Below, one piece after another: positions 1 through 9,910 of a stretch of 64,000 nucleotides of DNA (positions are counted from its first letter, which is position 1; each line of letters opens with the position of its first letter). The translations under genes were made by a program, and so were the position numbers. The DNA is from Candidatus Poribacteria bacterium (GTDB lineage: Bacteria; Poribacteria; WGA-4E; JAJDTR01): contig OZ244829.1 in assembly GCA_965220415.1 (NCBI GenBank), positions 2,217,209 to 2,281,208 on the forward strand. Direction: 5' to 3'. The notes under the pieces were generated by a model. That model ran no database searches and had not been told where the DNA came from. It worked only from the letters and a program-made list of their open reading frames with translations.

Positions 1-375
1 GAGATTGGGCGTAGAAGATGGATATGCCAGACTCCAAAAACCGTTCAAATCACCAGTGCCCCAATAAACGTCGCCTGCGTCAACCCTATCTGATAAGAAA
101 GCCTCACCGCCTTCTGAACAAAAGCGAAGCGGTGAGGGTTGTTTGTAAAGGAATCCGGGACCCTCTTGGGCAAGCTCGTAAAGATTAGTTCGCGACGTTA
201 GAGCATTCCAATAATCAGTGACAGAGGTGCGGTATCTCTGTATTCGTTCCGGATGTTCTCGGAGATGCACGACTGCATTGGTCAGCATCAATGCAAGCAG
301 CAGAAGGGTCGCAAGGGCAAAACGAAGGCTATTCAGGTTATCGTAGAGTTCGCGTTTTGCAATGTGCCAGATCAT
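1..375 (-). CDS. ABC-2 family transporter permease, N-terminal part (gene runs off window start); paralog of the 515..2038 gene
   Basis: Minus-strand translation from ATG (rc of 373-375) gives MIWHIAKRELYDNLNSLRFALATLLLLALMLTNAVVHLREH..., which parallels the N-terminus (MLITLIRRELLDNLMTFRFAAAMF...) of the neighbouring permease. The frame stays open to position 1. Confidence 0.5.
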   Translation of the reverse strand, partial: MIWHIAKRELYDNLNSLRFALATLLLLALMLTNAVVHLREHPERIQRYRTSVTDYWNALTSRTNLYELAQEGPGFLYKQPSPLRFCSEGGEAFLSDRVDAGDVYWGTGDLNGFWSLAYPSSTPNL

Positions 376-514
376 AGTGTCTTGGTTCCAAATCGCAAGT
401 CCATAGAATTAACGGGTTTCCGAGATAAAGAATGTGGAAGGAAGATTGGAAGACTAGATGTGTTTATTCCACCGTTCTTTCTCGGCAATCTTGTCTGTCT
501 GCACATTCTATTGA

Positions 515-2038
515 CTACACTTCACTCTTTTGGAAAATCAGAAATATCGCCATGAACAGCGCTAGATTGGTCATCAGTAATAGGTATACATCAGGAAGTG
601 CTCGTTTTGCATTTGCTACGACATCGACTCTTTGAAAGGAAAACTGTGGCAGTGTGCGCCAATCTACTGGTTTTTTGTCTGCAGTAAACCATTGTCGAAC
701 TTCGAACGCTTTGTTATCAATGAAATAGTCAATCACCGTCTGTCGGTACTGCCGCGCGGCGTCGAAAAAATCTTGAACCCCCGGGAGATCTGTGCCAGCC
801 CATGCCTGTGTTGCCGCATCGTATAGCCCCGTTGGAGAAAGTTTCAGCAAGAGTCTATCCACGGTTGCCGGCTGAATAAAGCGGTCTTCCAGTGCTGGCT
901 TGCGGACGATCCATGTGCGCCCTGCTGTGTTGATGGTTCGTGGGCAGAGGAAGCGGAAATAATCCTGAACGTACGACACGTTTGGTTCGGATTCTTTTTC
1001 GAATGATTCCATGTACACTTTAATTTCGTAATAATACAGGAATGTTGACGCGTTTTCTTTAGAAATGACCTCGTCTTCTCCTGTCGTCGTCCATTCTATA
1101 TTATTAAAGATTAAAGAATGGAGATCCTCCCCAGAAACTGGGTCATTGGCGAGAAAGTGTTTCCGTTCTCTATGAAATTCGTCCCACATCTGTTTCATTT
1201 GATTGAGTGCGGATTCCGCACGCGGTTTAAGGTGCTCTGAAGAATGAGTCATGGCAAGGATCATGTTGGGATACACCAATACCAAGAATCCCCAGACAAA
1301 CATGGAGATCATGAGCGCGGTACCGGTTCTTTGTGTTGCTGCCGAAATCAGTAGCCCGATGAGGTAGAACACGGAAAGATAAGCAAGTGATGAAATAACC
1401 AGTCCGCTAATGCGCAGAAAATCGGGGGTACCGAGCGAGAAGGAGGTAGTGGTTGTTAGCAGAATCAATGAGAGCAGTAAACTAAGCATTAGTGGTATGA
1501 GCAGGCAGAGCATTGCGCCGATGTACTTTGCAAGAAGGATATGTCCGCGATTGAGGGGATGTGTCAATACTAGACGCAACGTACCACGCTCGCGTTCCCC
1601 TGCCAGTGCGTCATAGGCAAATATGAGCGCCATCAAGCTGAGCACTACCTCGAAGATGAAGACGATGTCAATCGAGTTGAAGATGTTGAGAAACGGATTG
1701 TCCGAGCCACTCATCTCGGCATCCCAGAGTGTTGGCACAAAGGCGTAGGATACCTCAACTTGGTTTCCCAGCCGTTTGTCCAATCCAACGTTGAAAATGC
1801 TCAGTGGGTTGGGCGGTCTGTCAACAACGATCTCGCCGGCGGAATAGGTTTTGGTCTCTCGTAATTGATACCGGTGCATTTTGACCGCGGTGTTATAGCT
1901 TGCCAATCGCCGCTCGTAATCCTTGATGAGGACAGCGGTATTGGCGACCACGAGCAACAACATAATGAACATTGCCGCAGCGAAGCGGAATGTCATCAGA
2001 TTGTCAAGGAGTTCTCGACGTATGAGTGTAATTAGCAT
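515..2038 (-). CDS. ABC-2 type transporter permease with large extracytoplasmic loop (GldF/NosY-like family)
   Basis: 542-aa ORF. The likely true start is the internal Met (MLITLIRRELLDNL...) at 2038, preceded by a GGGGG RBS. It has an N-terminal TM helix, a long hydrophilic loop and a C-terminal cluster of about 5 TM helices, as in ABC-2 permeases. Confidence 0.6.
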   Translation of the reverse strand: MLITLIRRELLDNLMTFRFAAAMFIMLLLVVANTAVLIKDYERRLASYNTAVKMHRYQLRETKTYSAGEIVVDRPPNPLSIFNVGLDKRLGNQVEVSYAFVPTLWDAEMSGSDNPFLNIFNSIDIVFIFEVVLSLMALIFAYDALAGERERGTLRLVLTHPLNRGHILLAKYIGAMLCLLIPLMLSLLLSLILLTTTTSFSLGTPDFLRISGLVISSLAYLSVFYLIGLLISAATQRTGTALMISMFVWGFLVLVYPNMILAMTHSSEHLKPRAESALNQMKQMWDEFHRERKHFLANDPVSGEDLHSLIFNNIEWTTTGEDEVISKENASTFLYYYEIKVYMESFEKESEPNVSYVQDYFRFLCPRTINTAGRTWIVRKPALEDRFIQPATVDRLLLKLSPTGLYDAATQAWAGTDLPGVQDFFDAARQYRQTVIDYFIDNKAFEVRQWFTADKKPVDWRTLPQFSFQRVDVVANAKRALPDVYLLLMTNLALFMAIFLIFQKSEV

Positions 2039-2269
2039 TGAGTTACCCCCGCGCACCAACGCCCTAAAACCATACGAGCATTGCGGGCATTGGTTCGACA
2101 TATATGATAAATGTATGATAACATAATCACATGACTGAGTCACCTAAACCCGGAATAACTAACGCCTGTCAACCTTTGGTCTTGCACACCGCCTAGGGTT
2201 TCTGTTGACATCTCAGCGGAGTCAAGCTTCGGTGTCAGAGAGTCCTATGCGAATAAAATCTCTCACCAG

Positions 2270-2440
2270 ATACTTGGTGCGTTGGTTAAGGTGCTTTCGA
2301 TGAAAAATCGCGAGCATTCATTGGGGATAAATCTGCAAACCATCGTATTTGATGCGAACGAGCAACCCATTGAACGTTCAACAAAAGGACAGCGTGTCTA
2401 CTACAGCGGTAAAAAACGGCACACCAGAAGAGTGTAATTG
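2270..2440 (+). pseudogene. Relic of a DDE transposase (IS5/IS4-like); internal fragment only
   Basis: Plus-frame translation ...TIVFDANEQPIERSTKGQRVYYSGKKRHTRRV* resembles the first catalytic-D region (xxDxTExPIxRP) and the YSGKKKRHT motif of IS5-family DDE transposases. It is flanked by stops with no start and lies in a 1-kb non-coding gap. Confidence 0.4.
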
Positions 2441-3214
2441 ATTACATATTCTTATCTTCCGCATTATCGATCGCCTAAAAGTTAAATTTCTCAATTGGCC
2501 GTATCCCGCATCATAATTGAAAGCATGCCATTATCCCTGACGGAAGAATTCTTTCAGCAAGCAACACTTACTAGTCAGAGTCCCTTTCCTCGATCCAGAG
2601 GATCGAAATGTCAATAGAACGCGACATGTCCAGAGTCCCGCGCTCCAGAGGAGCGCCATGTGGTGTGTTACTTCGTAAAAATGAAGTTGATGATGAAAGG
2701 GCAAAACAGGTCAATCAATCGGACTCAGGGTAGTACCTTGGTGATTTTTTCTCGTTTGTAAATATATACCCCAAGGTCTGCTATGTGACAATTCGAGATT
2801 ACACAAGTCTATTATGCGGAAGATGAGATATTTGGCGCCTTTAGCAATATTGTCGTTTATCTGCCGTAAAGGTAGCGCTAATGATTACAGTAATTTAGAG
2901 GAAAACCATCTGGCAAGGGAACTCTTCGAGACTTCGAAATTGGCCGACAGGAGTCATCAAGGCATAGCCAAACTGTTTGCCAACAGTTCGCCGCCCATCA
3001 AGAGATGCCGGGGCCAGCCATTGACTCAGGACGCGGAGCAATTCAACCAACAGTTGACGCCACACAGGGCTGCCATTGAAGGTGCAAAGTTTTTTTGGAT
3101 CGCCAATGACGGCTATTAAAGCAAGCAACATGATTATTATAATTGCCAAGATTTCTGTACCTACACAGGTCTATATCGGAAAATTATCTAATTCCGTACC
3201 AAGGAGGATACCCA

Positions 3215-3946
3215 ATGTTAGAAACTAGAGACCTAACCAAAGTCTATGACAACACAATTCGAGCTGTCAACGAATTGAACTTGAAGATCGAACGGGGAGA
3301 AATCTACGTCATACTCGGTGCGAATGGTGCTGGGAAAAGCACCACCATCTCCATGCTCCTGAATTTCATTGACCCAACCAGTGGCACGGCGTTAGTCAAT
3401 GATATTGAGATTCCAAAGTTTCCACTCGAAGCGAAGAAGCATCTCGCTTACGTATCGGAAAACGTGGAGTTGTATCGAAACTTTACCGCACGACAGAACC
3501 TTGAGTTTTTCACCAAGCTGGGAGGCAAAAAGAAAGTGACTCGCGATGAACTGGATGCGACACTTGCTCGTGTCGGGTTGCCGGAAGAATCATTTAAACG
3601 TCGGGTGAAAACCTTTTCCAAAGGGATGCGACAGCGATTGGGAATCGCGGTAGCCATCATGAAGGGCGCCGATGCGATACTGCTTGATGAACCCACCTCT
3701 GGACTAGACCCAAAGGGTGGGGCGGACTTCCTGAACCTTTTGCGCGAACTGAGGAGTGAAGGCAAAGCCATCTTCATGTCTACCCACGACATATTTCGTG
3801 CCAAGGAAATCGCTGATCGGCTTGGGATTCTTGTGAGTGGAAATCTGGTTCGCGAGCTATCCCGTCAAGAGATTGAAACCGAAGATCTGGAAGCCCTATA
3901 CCTGCGTTATGTGGCGGGGTACGAATCGGAAGAGGAAGTAGCATAA
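3215..3946 (+). CDS. ABC transporter ATP-binding protein (ABC-2 type, no fused permease)
   Basis: Walker A GANGAGKST, signature/Q-loop region, Walker B ILLDEPTSGLD and an H-loop are present. AGGAGG RBS lies 8 nt before the ATG at 3215 (the ORF track start at 3143 is an upstream extension). Confidence 0.85.
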   Translation: MLETRDLTKVYDNTIRAVNELNLKIERGEIYVILGANGAGKSTTISMLLNFIDPTSGTALVNDIEIPKFPLEAKKHLAYVSENVELYRNFTARQNLEFFTKLGGKKKVTRDELDATLARVGLPEESFKRRVKTFSKGMRQRLGIAVAIMKGADAILLDEPTSGLDPKGGADFLNLLRELRSEGKAIFMSTHDIFRAKEIADRLGILVSGNLVRELSRQEIETEDLEALYLRYVAGYESEEEVA

Positions 3947-4052
3947 ACGGCAATATCGCCTCCTACTCTTTCTCCACTTCCCCCTTTGCGTTCTGTCGCA
4001 ATATAGCAAGACAGTTGGTAGGATAACCCTGTCATTTATCTGTTCTTGCCCG

Positions 4053-6392
4053 ATGTTGTTAAAGGAGAAACTCTACGTGCGAAGTATATACCTCTTATTG
4101 ATACTCAGTTTGATGTTTCTATCGGGTCATGAGCCGCTCCGGTCACAAGTGGTGGACTCGCGAGATGCGTCGCAATCTGAAAAGGCGCGCACCAAAGATG
4201 AACAGTTGCGCCAGATTCAAATCGACAAAGCCAAACTGGACATGGAACTGGCGAAAAAACTGATGGAGAAAAAAGAGGATGAGCTTAAGAACCTAAAGAA
4301 TATGCTCCAAGAAGCGAATAACATCGTGACAGTTCTAGAGGTGAACCGTGCGGAGGAGGAATACGAGCTCGCAAAGGCAAACTATGAGAACGCGAAACTC
4401 GACTTGCAAAACACCGAACTTGATTCGCTGAAGGCGGCTTGGCACATCACCATCTTGGGGACCCGGCGATATGAAGCACGAGATGGCAGGGAGATGTTCT
4501 CTATCACGTTAAAAAACAGCTCGCTGCCGGTCAAATTGGAGGAGAGCTCTCGGGTTCTTGAAAGGGATGTTATCATCAGCGCGCAGATTGACGACATCTA
4601 TGTCTCAATTAAAGACCAAGGAGACTTCGGACGGCAAGGTGCTATCGTAGCCACTCCTTACGAGGTACGTATTCCATCGCTGAAGGAGGGTGAGGAGAAA
4701 ACACTGGAGTTTGAACTGGTCAAGGATGAAGTGCAGGACGTGGTCGTTAGCCTAAAATATCTTGATCTTGAGGAGGACCGCAATATCCATCTCAAGCAGG
4801 AGGAACCCTACATCTCGGTGCTGTCTGCGCGGCGGTACAAGGAGGGAGATCGAAGGAGGCTTGAGATTGTCCTCAAATACGGAGCGATTCTGGATCGTTC
4901 CGTGCCCCCATCCAAGCGGGACATTGACGATCTGCCTGCCGCTCCGGATGAAAGGGCGACATACGGTGCCGCACAAGAGATCAACAATGTCTACGTCTCA
5001 ATTAAGGATGAAAAGGATGCGATTATCGGCGTACCGTATGAGATTCGAATTCCGAACCTCAAGGATCAACAGTCGAAAACCCTCGATTTTGAACTCCGCC
5101 GCAACGTGGACAGCATTATCGTGAGCTTGAGGTATCTGGAACAGTCCTATCCCTACAAGATTCATCTTGAGGAGGACACCCGCCACATCTCAATCACCAG
5201 CGCCAAGAAGTATCGTGAGAACAATCAGATAATGGTCACTATCCGCTTGAAGAACACCTCGACGACTGAGTCCATGCCCGTTGACGCAACCGTGGAAGAA
5301 ATCGCCGCCGCCAACGAGATTCGTTCTATTTTTGTTTCCCTCAAAGACATTGACCCAACTAGTGGGACTCAATCGACGAATATTGCCCAACCTTATGAGC
5401 AGAAGATACCGCTGCTTGGCTACAATGACGAAGTCGACCTGACGTTCCAACTCCAGAAGGATGTGGACTCAATCATGATCGCATTGAAATACCCCGATCT
5501 TGTTGAGACGGACAATCGTTTGGTTTATTTACAGAAGGAGTCGGAGGAGGATGTGGTCAATGTCAGTTCGCTGCAGTTCTCCCAAGAGGGCAATCTCGGA
5601 AGTTCCGTTACCTATGATATGACACTGGATCGGTTAGCGGAGACGGAGAATACTTTCCAGTTGCGGATTATCAATCTTCTCAATAGCTTGACTTTTGAAT
5701 TTCAGGATACCGAGAGCCAATCGCGCGTGTCACAGGTGAAATTCACACAGGCGCAATCCAAACGAGATCTATCACTTTTCGTCCACGTGACCGAAGAGCT
5801 CGATGCCTCCTATCTTGACAGGACGCTGGAATTTTACGTTGCCGTCATTGATGCAAATGAGGCGCAACAACTCGGCGGCGTGAACAATCGTCTAGAGCTA
5901 TCCCCGGAGCAGATTAGCCAGATTAAGGGCGGTGTCGAGCGGTTTGAGCTTATCCCCAAAGGCGTGCCGGAGATTGAGCTATTTATCCCTAGTTCTTACC
6001 ATACCATCAAAATCGGGGAGCAGATAGACATGACATTGAAGTTACGAAATAGCGGCACGCGAGATTTAGCCGATATTCGGATGGGGGTCGATGTCTACAC
6101 CGGCTGGGACTATGTTGTTGAACCGGAAGTCGTCGCAAAGCTGGTACGGAATGAAGAGACCGAAGTACATCTGACGCTCATCCCATCTCCGGACGTGGGC
6201 GTCGGAGAGTACGAAGCGAAGGTCAATGCGGAGCTCACAGTTGATAATCGGCCCGTCGAGGCACGAGAAAAGACGGTCAGAGTTCACATCCAATCACAGC
6301 CTAGGCTCTCGGTAACAACGATTTTGTTTGGGGTGCTCGTTCTATTGGTCATTGGCATAGCGGTTGTCACCGTGCGGCTCAGTCGCCGATAG
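4053..6392 (+). CDS. Membrane-anchored coiled-coil protein with four ~115-aa internal repeats and C-terminal TM anchor; possible atypical membrane-fusion/adaptor protein
   Basis: N-terminal TM helix (SIYLLLILSLMFLSG), a long heptad-like coiled coil (residues ~40-130) as in HlyD-type adaptors, four repeats each containing [IV][FY]VS[IL]KD...PYE.[RK]IP.L..........[FL][EQ]L..(D/N)V(D/Q)S[IV].[IV][AS]L[KR]Y, a NEW3/CARDB-like beta region, and a C-terminal TM helix (TILFGVLVLLVIGIAVVTV). A GTG at 4077 with AAGGAG 7 nt upstream is an alternative start. Confidence 0.6.
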   Translation: MLLKEKLYVRSIYLLLILSLMFLSGHEPLRSQVVDSRDASQSEKARTKDEQLRQIQIDKAKLDMELAKKLMEKKEDELKNLKNMLQEANNIVTVLEVNRAEEEYELAKANYENAKLDLQNTELDSLKAAWHITILGTRRYEARDGREMFSITLKNSSLPVKLEESSRVLERDVIISAQIDDIYVSIKDQGDFGRQGAIVATPYEVRIPSLKEGEEKTLEFELVKDEVQDVVVSLKYLDLEEDRNIHLKQEEPYISVLSARRYKEGDRRRLEIVLKYGAILDRSVPPSKRDIDDLPAAPDERATYGAAQEINNVYVSIKDEKDAIIGVPYEIRIPNLKDQQSKTLDFELRRNVDSIIVSLRYLEQSYPYKIHLEEDTRHISITSAKKYRENNQIMVTIRLKNTSTTESMPVDATVEEIAAANEIRSIFVSLKDIDPTSGTQSTNIAQPYEQKIPLLGYNDEVDLTFQLQKDVDSIMIALKYPDLVETDNRLVYLQKESEEDVVNVSSLQFSQEGNLGSSVTYDMTLDRLAETENTFQLRIINLLNSLTFEFQDTESQSRVSQVKFTQAQSKRDLSLFVHVTEELDASYLDRTLEFYVAVIDANEAQQLGGVNNRLELSPEQISQIKGGVERFELIPKGVPEIELFIPSSYHTIKIGEQIDMTLKLRNSGTRDLADIRMGVDVYTGWDYVVEPEVVAKLVRNEETEVHLTLIPSPDVGVGEYEAKVNAELTVDNRPVEAREKTVRVHIQSQPRLSVTTILFGVLVLLVIGIAVVTVRLSRR

Positions 6393-6427
6393 CTCATTGC
6401 GTAAGCGAACGGTGGAAGGAAAACGGG

Positions 6428-7837
6428 ATGGGGGAAAAGTATCGTACATCGTGTATCGCGCGATACGCGCTGTGCCTCATGTACGGCGCATTCTGCGCGT
6501 GGATTTTGAATAGCGCCGAGCCGACTTTGGCGCAAGGCGAGGTAACACTGACGTTGGAGAAAGCGTCTCGACTCACGTTGAAGAACAATGAGAAAGTGCT
6601 TAAAGCGGAGAAAGTCCTGGAACGCGCACAGGCGAACCTGCAAACCGTCCGTTCTGTTTACCTTCCTCAAATAGGACTCACCGGATTTTATGAACGGCGG
6701 AAAAGTGACGACCATGACTTGGACGACAGGGATTACCTTTCCAGTTTTTCCCTCAGCCAAGTAATTGCGCGGTTTGGCGAAGTTCCACAAGACCTGGATC
6801 AGGCGCAAGAAGATGTGCGCAAGTCGGGCATTGAACTGAAAAGCGCCAAACAGGAGGTCATCTTCACTCTGAGAAGACTTTGGCACAACATAACATTGAC
6901 GGAAGAGGAGATTCAACAACGAAGTGTTATTGAGACTACATTGCAGGAAAAGCTCATAGTTGCCAAAAGGAAGCACACCGAAAAAAGAATACCCATCCTG
7001 AGTGTGTTGAACACGGAGTTGGAGTTGGCAGAGCAGCAGTTGGCGCTCAACGAATTGAGACGACGGCTGGATATTGACAAAGCGGAACTGGTTCGATTGA
7101 CAGGGCTGAACGCATTGGCGACCGTTCGTCTGTCCGGTGCCATACCGGATGATGACCTGTCGCTTGAACGCGCGGTAGAATTGGCGTTAACGAACCGAAC
7201 GGAACTTGAAGATTTCACTGGCGCGATAACTCGTCAGGAGAGACTGGTCAAGGAAACGTTTTGGGATCGAATCCCGGAACTTGACGCCGCTCTCCGCTAC
7301 CGCGATGCCCATCTGTTTTTGAGCCAGCAGGAACGGACATGGGATACGACTGCGGCATACGATTACCCTTTTCTCGAACGGAAAACAGATAATACCATCC
7401 CGATTGAAGGAATTCGCGACAATCGCGATGGCTGGGAGGTTCGCCTAAACTTCAATCTTTCCCTTTTCGACGGCGGGGCGACAGACGGGCGTCAGAAGGC
7501 AGAGCGCGCCGAATTGTCACGTCTCCAACTGGAACTCATCGATTTACAGAAGGGGATTAGAGTCGAGGTGCGCCGCGCCTATCGGGAAGTGGCGAATGCC
7601 AGAGAACGTATGGAGATTGAAGAAAAGCGCGTGCAAATCTTCGAGCAGCGGCTGCGGACGATTGAACGAGTTCTTGATGAAGGGCTGGACCTACCGAGCT
7701 ATCGCGGTTTGACGTTTGATGACGCTTTCCAAGCCCAAGCCGAGTTTACCGAAGCGCAGCGGGTGTTCTATCGCACACGCCGGGATTATGCGGCGGCAAA
7801 GGAGCAACTGCGTGAAGTGTTGGGATGGACAAATTGA
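6428..7837 (+). CDS. TolC-family outer-membrane efflux protein
   Basis: 469 aa with a signal-like N-terminus and two long alpha-helical repeat halves (LxxAxxNLxxV..., ELxxAExxL...) typical of the OEP/TolC family. It starts 35 bp after the preceding gene. Confidence 0.75.
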   Translation: MGEKYRTSCIARYALCLMYGAFCAWILNSAEPTLAQGEVTLTLEKASRLTLKNNEKVLKAEKVLERAQANLQTVRSVYLPQIGLTGFYERRKSDDHDLDDRDYLSSFSLSQVIARFGEVPQDLDQAQEDVRKSGIELKSAKQEVIFTLRRLWHNITLTEEEIQQRSVIETTLQEKLIVAKRKHTEKRIPILSVLNTELELAEQQLALNELRRRLDIDKAELVRLTGLNALATVRLSGAIPDDDLSLERAVELALTNRTELEDFTGAITRQERLVKETFWDRIPELDAALRYRDAHLFLSQQERTWDTTAAYDYPFLERKTDNTIPIEGIRDNRDGWEVRLNFNLSLFDGGATDGRQKAERAELSRLQLELIDLQKGIRVEVRRAYREVANARERMEIEEKRVQIFEQRLRTIERVLDEGLDLPSYRGLTFDDAFQAQAEFTEAQRVFYRTRRDYAAAKEQLREVLGWTN

Positions 7838-8028
7838 ACGTTGTCCGTGAAGTTTGAAAACGAGAGTTTACGCACGTTGTACTCCGAGCCAAAGCGTTCC
7901 TCTTCTCGCTCGTTCTGGATTAACAAATCCAGTCTCTCCTGCACGAATTCACCTACTCACCGAGAGGAACAGCCAGCCTTTAGCACCCTGATGTAATTGC
8001 CGGATTTATAGAGATTTTCGATTTCAGC

Positions 8029-8200
8029 GATGTAGGTTGGGTTGAGCAGTCGACAGCCAAGTTTTATTCAGCTTGCAAGCACAGATAATCTTTTCGATGA
8101 CCCGTTGGGGTAAACAGATATAGCGAAACCCAACTATTGGAAGAAAAAATCGCTTCTGCATGTGATTTCTCTCGGTTTTCCGTTCAACCCAACCTACGCA
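8029..8200. repeat. MITE-like element, family 2 (19-bp TIR GATGTAGGTTGGGTTGAGC ... CGTTCAACCCAACCTACGCA)
   Basis: Terminal inverted repeats at 8029-8047 and 8181-8200. An internal GCGAAACCCAAC motif is shared with copies at 42889-43000 and 62188-62462. Confidence 0.55.
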
Positions 8201-8370
8201 CTGCTATCATAAATCGTAGATGGAGCTACAGGTATAACTCCTTGTAGGAGCAATCTCCCGACTGCGTTTCGTCTCGTCTTTCATTGTCACTCCCGGGCTA
8301 TATCGAAGCTGATGATGCTCCCACCGCCGTGAATTACATGCGATTGCCCTGTACCTCCCGATATTTTGAG

Positions 8371-8399
8371 TTGACTGAATTTTCGAGGAAATGTATCAT
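8371..8399 (+). promoter_or_regulatory. Putative sigma70-type promoter of gnd (-35 TTGACT, 17-nt spacer, -10 TATCAT)
   Basis: TTGACT 8371-8376 and TATCAT 8394-8399 with an exact 17-nt spacer; about 38 bp upstream of the gnd start, with AGGAGG RBS at 8423-8428. Confidence 0.35.
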
Positions 8400-8436
8400 G
8401 TGAAAAGGAACTACATCTTTTAGGAGGGTTAAGGAG

Positions 8437-9903
8437 TTGGAGAAAGCTGATATTGGACTCATCGGGTTGGCAGTGATGGGTGAAAATCTTGCCTTAAACA
8501 TCGAAAGCAAGGGCTATCGGGTCGCAGTCTTCAACCGCACGGTTTCAAAGGTGGAGAATTTCATTAACAGCCGAGCGCGGGGGAAGCATGTGGTTGGAAC
8601 GTACTCTATTGAGGAACTGATCAACGTGCTTTCCACACCGCGCAAGATTATCCTGATGGTCAAAGCCGGCGAACCGGTCGATCAATTCATTGAAATGTTG
8701 AGACCTCTGCTCTCCGATGGAGATCTCATCATTGATGGTGGCAACGCGAATTTCCCCGACACCATACGCCGACACGAGGCGCTTGCGGCGAGCGGTTTGC
8801 TCTTTATCGGGACAGGTATTTCCGGAGGCGAGGAAGGTGCACTGAAGGGACCTGCGATGATGCCGGGCGGGTCAAAGAAAGCATATACCTTGGTGGAACC
8901 AATTTTCACGAAAATCGCCGCCCAAATTGACGGAGTACCGTGTTGTTCATACATTGGTCCCAACGGCGCCGGGCACTACGTCAAAATGGTACATAACGGC
9001 ATCGAATACGGCGATATGCAACTCATCGGTGAAGCTTACGCGCTCATGAAACAGGCACTGGGGTTGAGCGCCGATGACATGCACCAGCTATTCAACGAAT
9101 GGAACCAAGGCGATCTGAACTCCTATCTCATCGAAATTACGGCAGACATCTTTACACAGTCAGATGCGTCCGGCGTACCGCTTGTGGACACTATCCTTGA
9201 TCAAGCGGGTCAGAAAGGCACGGGAAAATGGACAAGCACGTCGGCGCTAGACCTCGGCGTCTCGGCGGGAACAATCGCCGAAGCCGTTTTTGCACGATAC
9301 ATCTCCGCGATTAAGAACGAACGGGTTGAGGCGGCACAAGTTATCCAAGGTCCGAAAGGAAAATTCGAGGGGGACCCATTAACCTTCCTAGAAGCAATTC
9401 ATGATGCGCTTTACGCCGCCAAAATCTGCTCCTATGCACAAGGCTTTGCGTTAATGCACGAAGCAAGCCGCGAGTACGAATGGAATCTCAATCTCGGGAA
9501 GATAAGCTTAGGGTGGCGCGGGGGTTGTATTATCCGCGCTCGCTTTCTCCATCGAATCGCCGATGCCTACGAAAACAACCCGAATCTACCGAACCTGCTG
9601 CTGGATCCCTACTTCCGAGAAGTGATTGAATCAACGCAGGAGAACTGGCGCAACGTTGTATCGACCGCAACACAACTTGGAATTCCGATACCTGCTTTTA
9701 GCTCGGCGCTCGCCTACTTTGATAGCTATCGCAGTGCTCGGCTTCCGGCGAATCTTATCCAAGCGATGCGCGACTACTTCGGTGCGCACACCTATCACAA
9801 AATTGACCTGAACGGAAATCCGATTGTCGGGAACGATGGTGCGCCAACAGTTTTTCACACCGAATGGATGGTAGATGGAAGACCCGAGATCGTGGTTGAA
9901 TGA
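8437..9903 (+). CDS. gnd: 6-phosphogluconate dehydrogenase, decarboxylating
   Basis: N-terminal Rossmann motif [17 protein letters not shown], conserved GDLIIDGGN, and the C-terminal 6PGD domain. TTG start at 8437 with AGGAGG RBS upstream; 488 aa, typical length. Confidence 0.95.
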   Translation: MEKADIGLIGLAVMGENLALNIESKGYRVAVFNRTVSKVENFINSRARGKHVVGTYSIEELINVLSTPRKIILMVKAGEPVDQFIEMLRPLLSDGDLIIDGGNANFPDTIRRHEALAASGLLFIGTGISGGEEGALKGPAMMPGGSKKAYTLVEPIFTKIAAQIDGVPCCSYIGPNGAGHYVKMVHNGIEYGDMQLIGEAYALMKQALGLSADDMHQLFNEWNQGDLNSYLIEITADIFTQSDASGVPLVDTILDQAGQKGTGKWTSTSALDLGVSAGTIAEAVFARYISAIKNERVEAAQVIQGPKGKFEGDPLTFLEAIHDALYAAKICSYAQGFALMHEASREYEWNLNLGKISLGWRGGCIIRARFLHRIADAYENNPNLPNLLLDPYFREVIESTQENWRNVVSTATQLGIPIPAFSSALAYFDSYRSARLPANLIQAMRDYFGAHTYHKIDLNGNPIVGNDGAPTVFHTEWMVDGRPEIVVE

Positions 9904-9910
9904 ACGCGGG

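Noticed and set aside
253-826. Plus-strand ORFs 253..555, 432..635 and 632..826
   Set aside because: They overlap the minus-strand ABC-2 permease genes (1-375 and 515-2038), whose translations show clear family similarity. The plus-strand products are low-complexity with no motifs.
3448-3804. 118-aa minus-strand ORF
   Set aside because: Antisense to the ABC ATPase gene, which has unambiguous Walker motifs; S/R-rich shadow frame.
6284-6976. 230-aa minus-strand ORF spanning the junction of the 779-aa gene and tolC
   Set aside because: Antisense to two well-supported plus-strand genes; composition typical of a shadow ORF.
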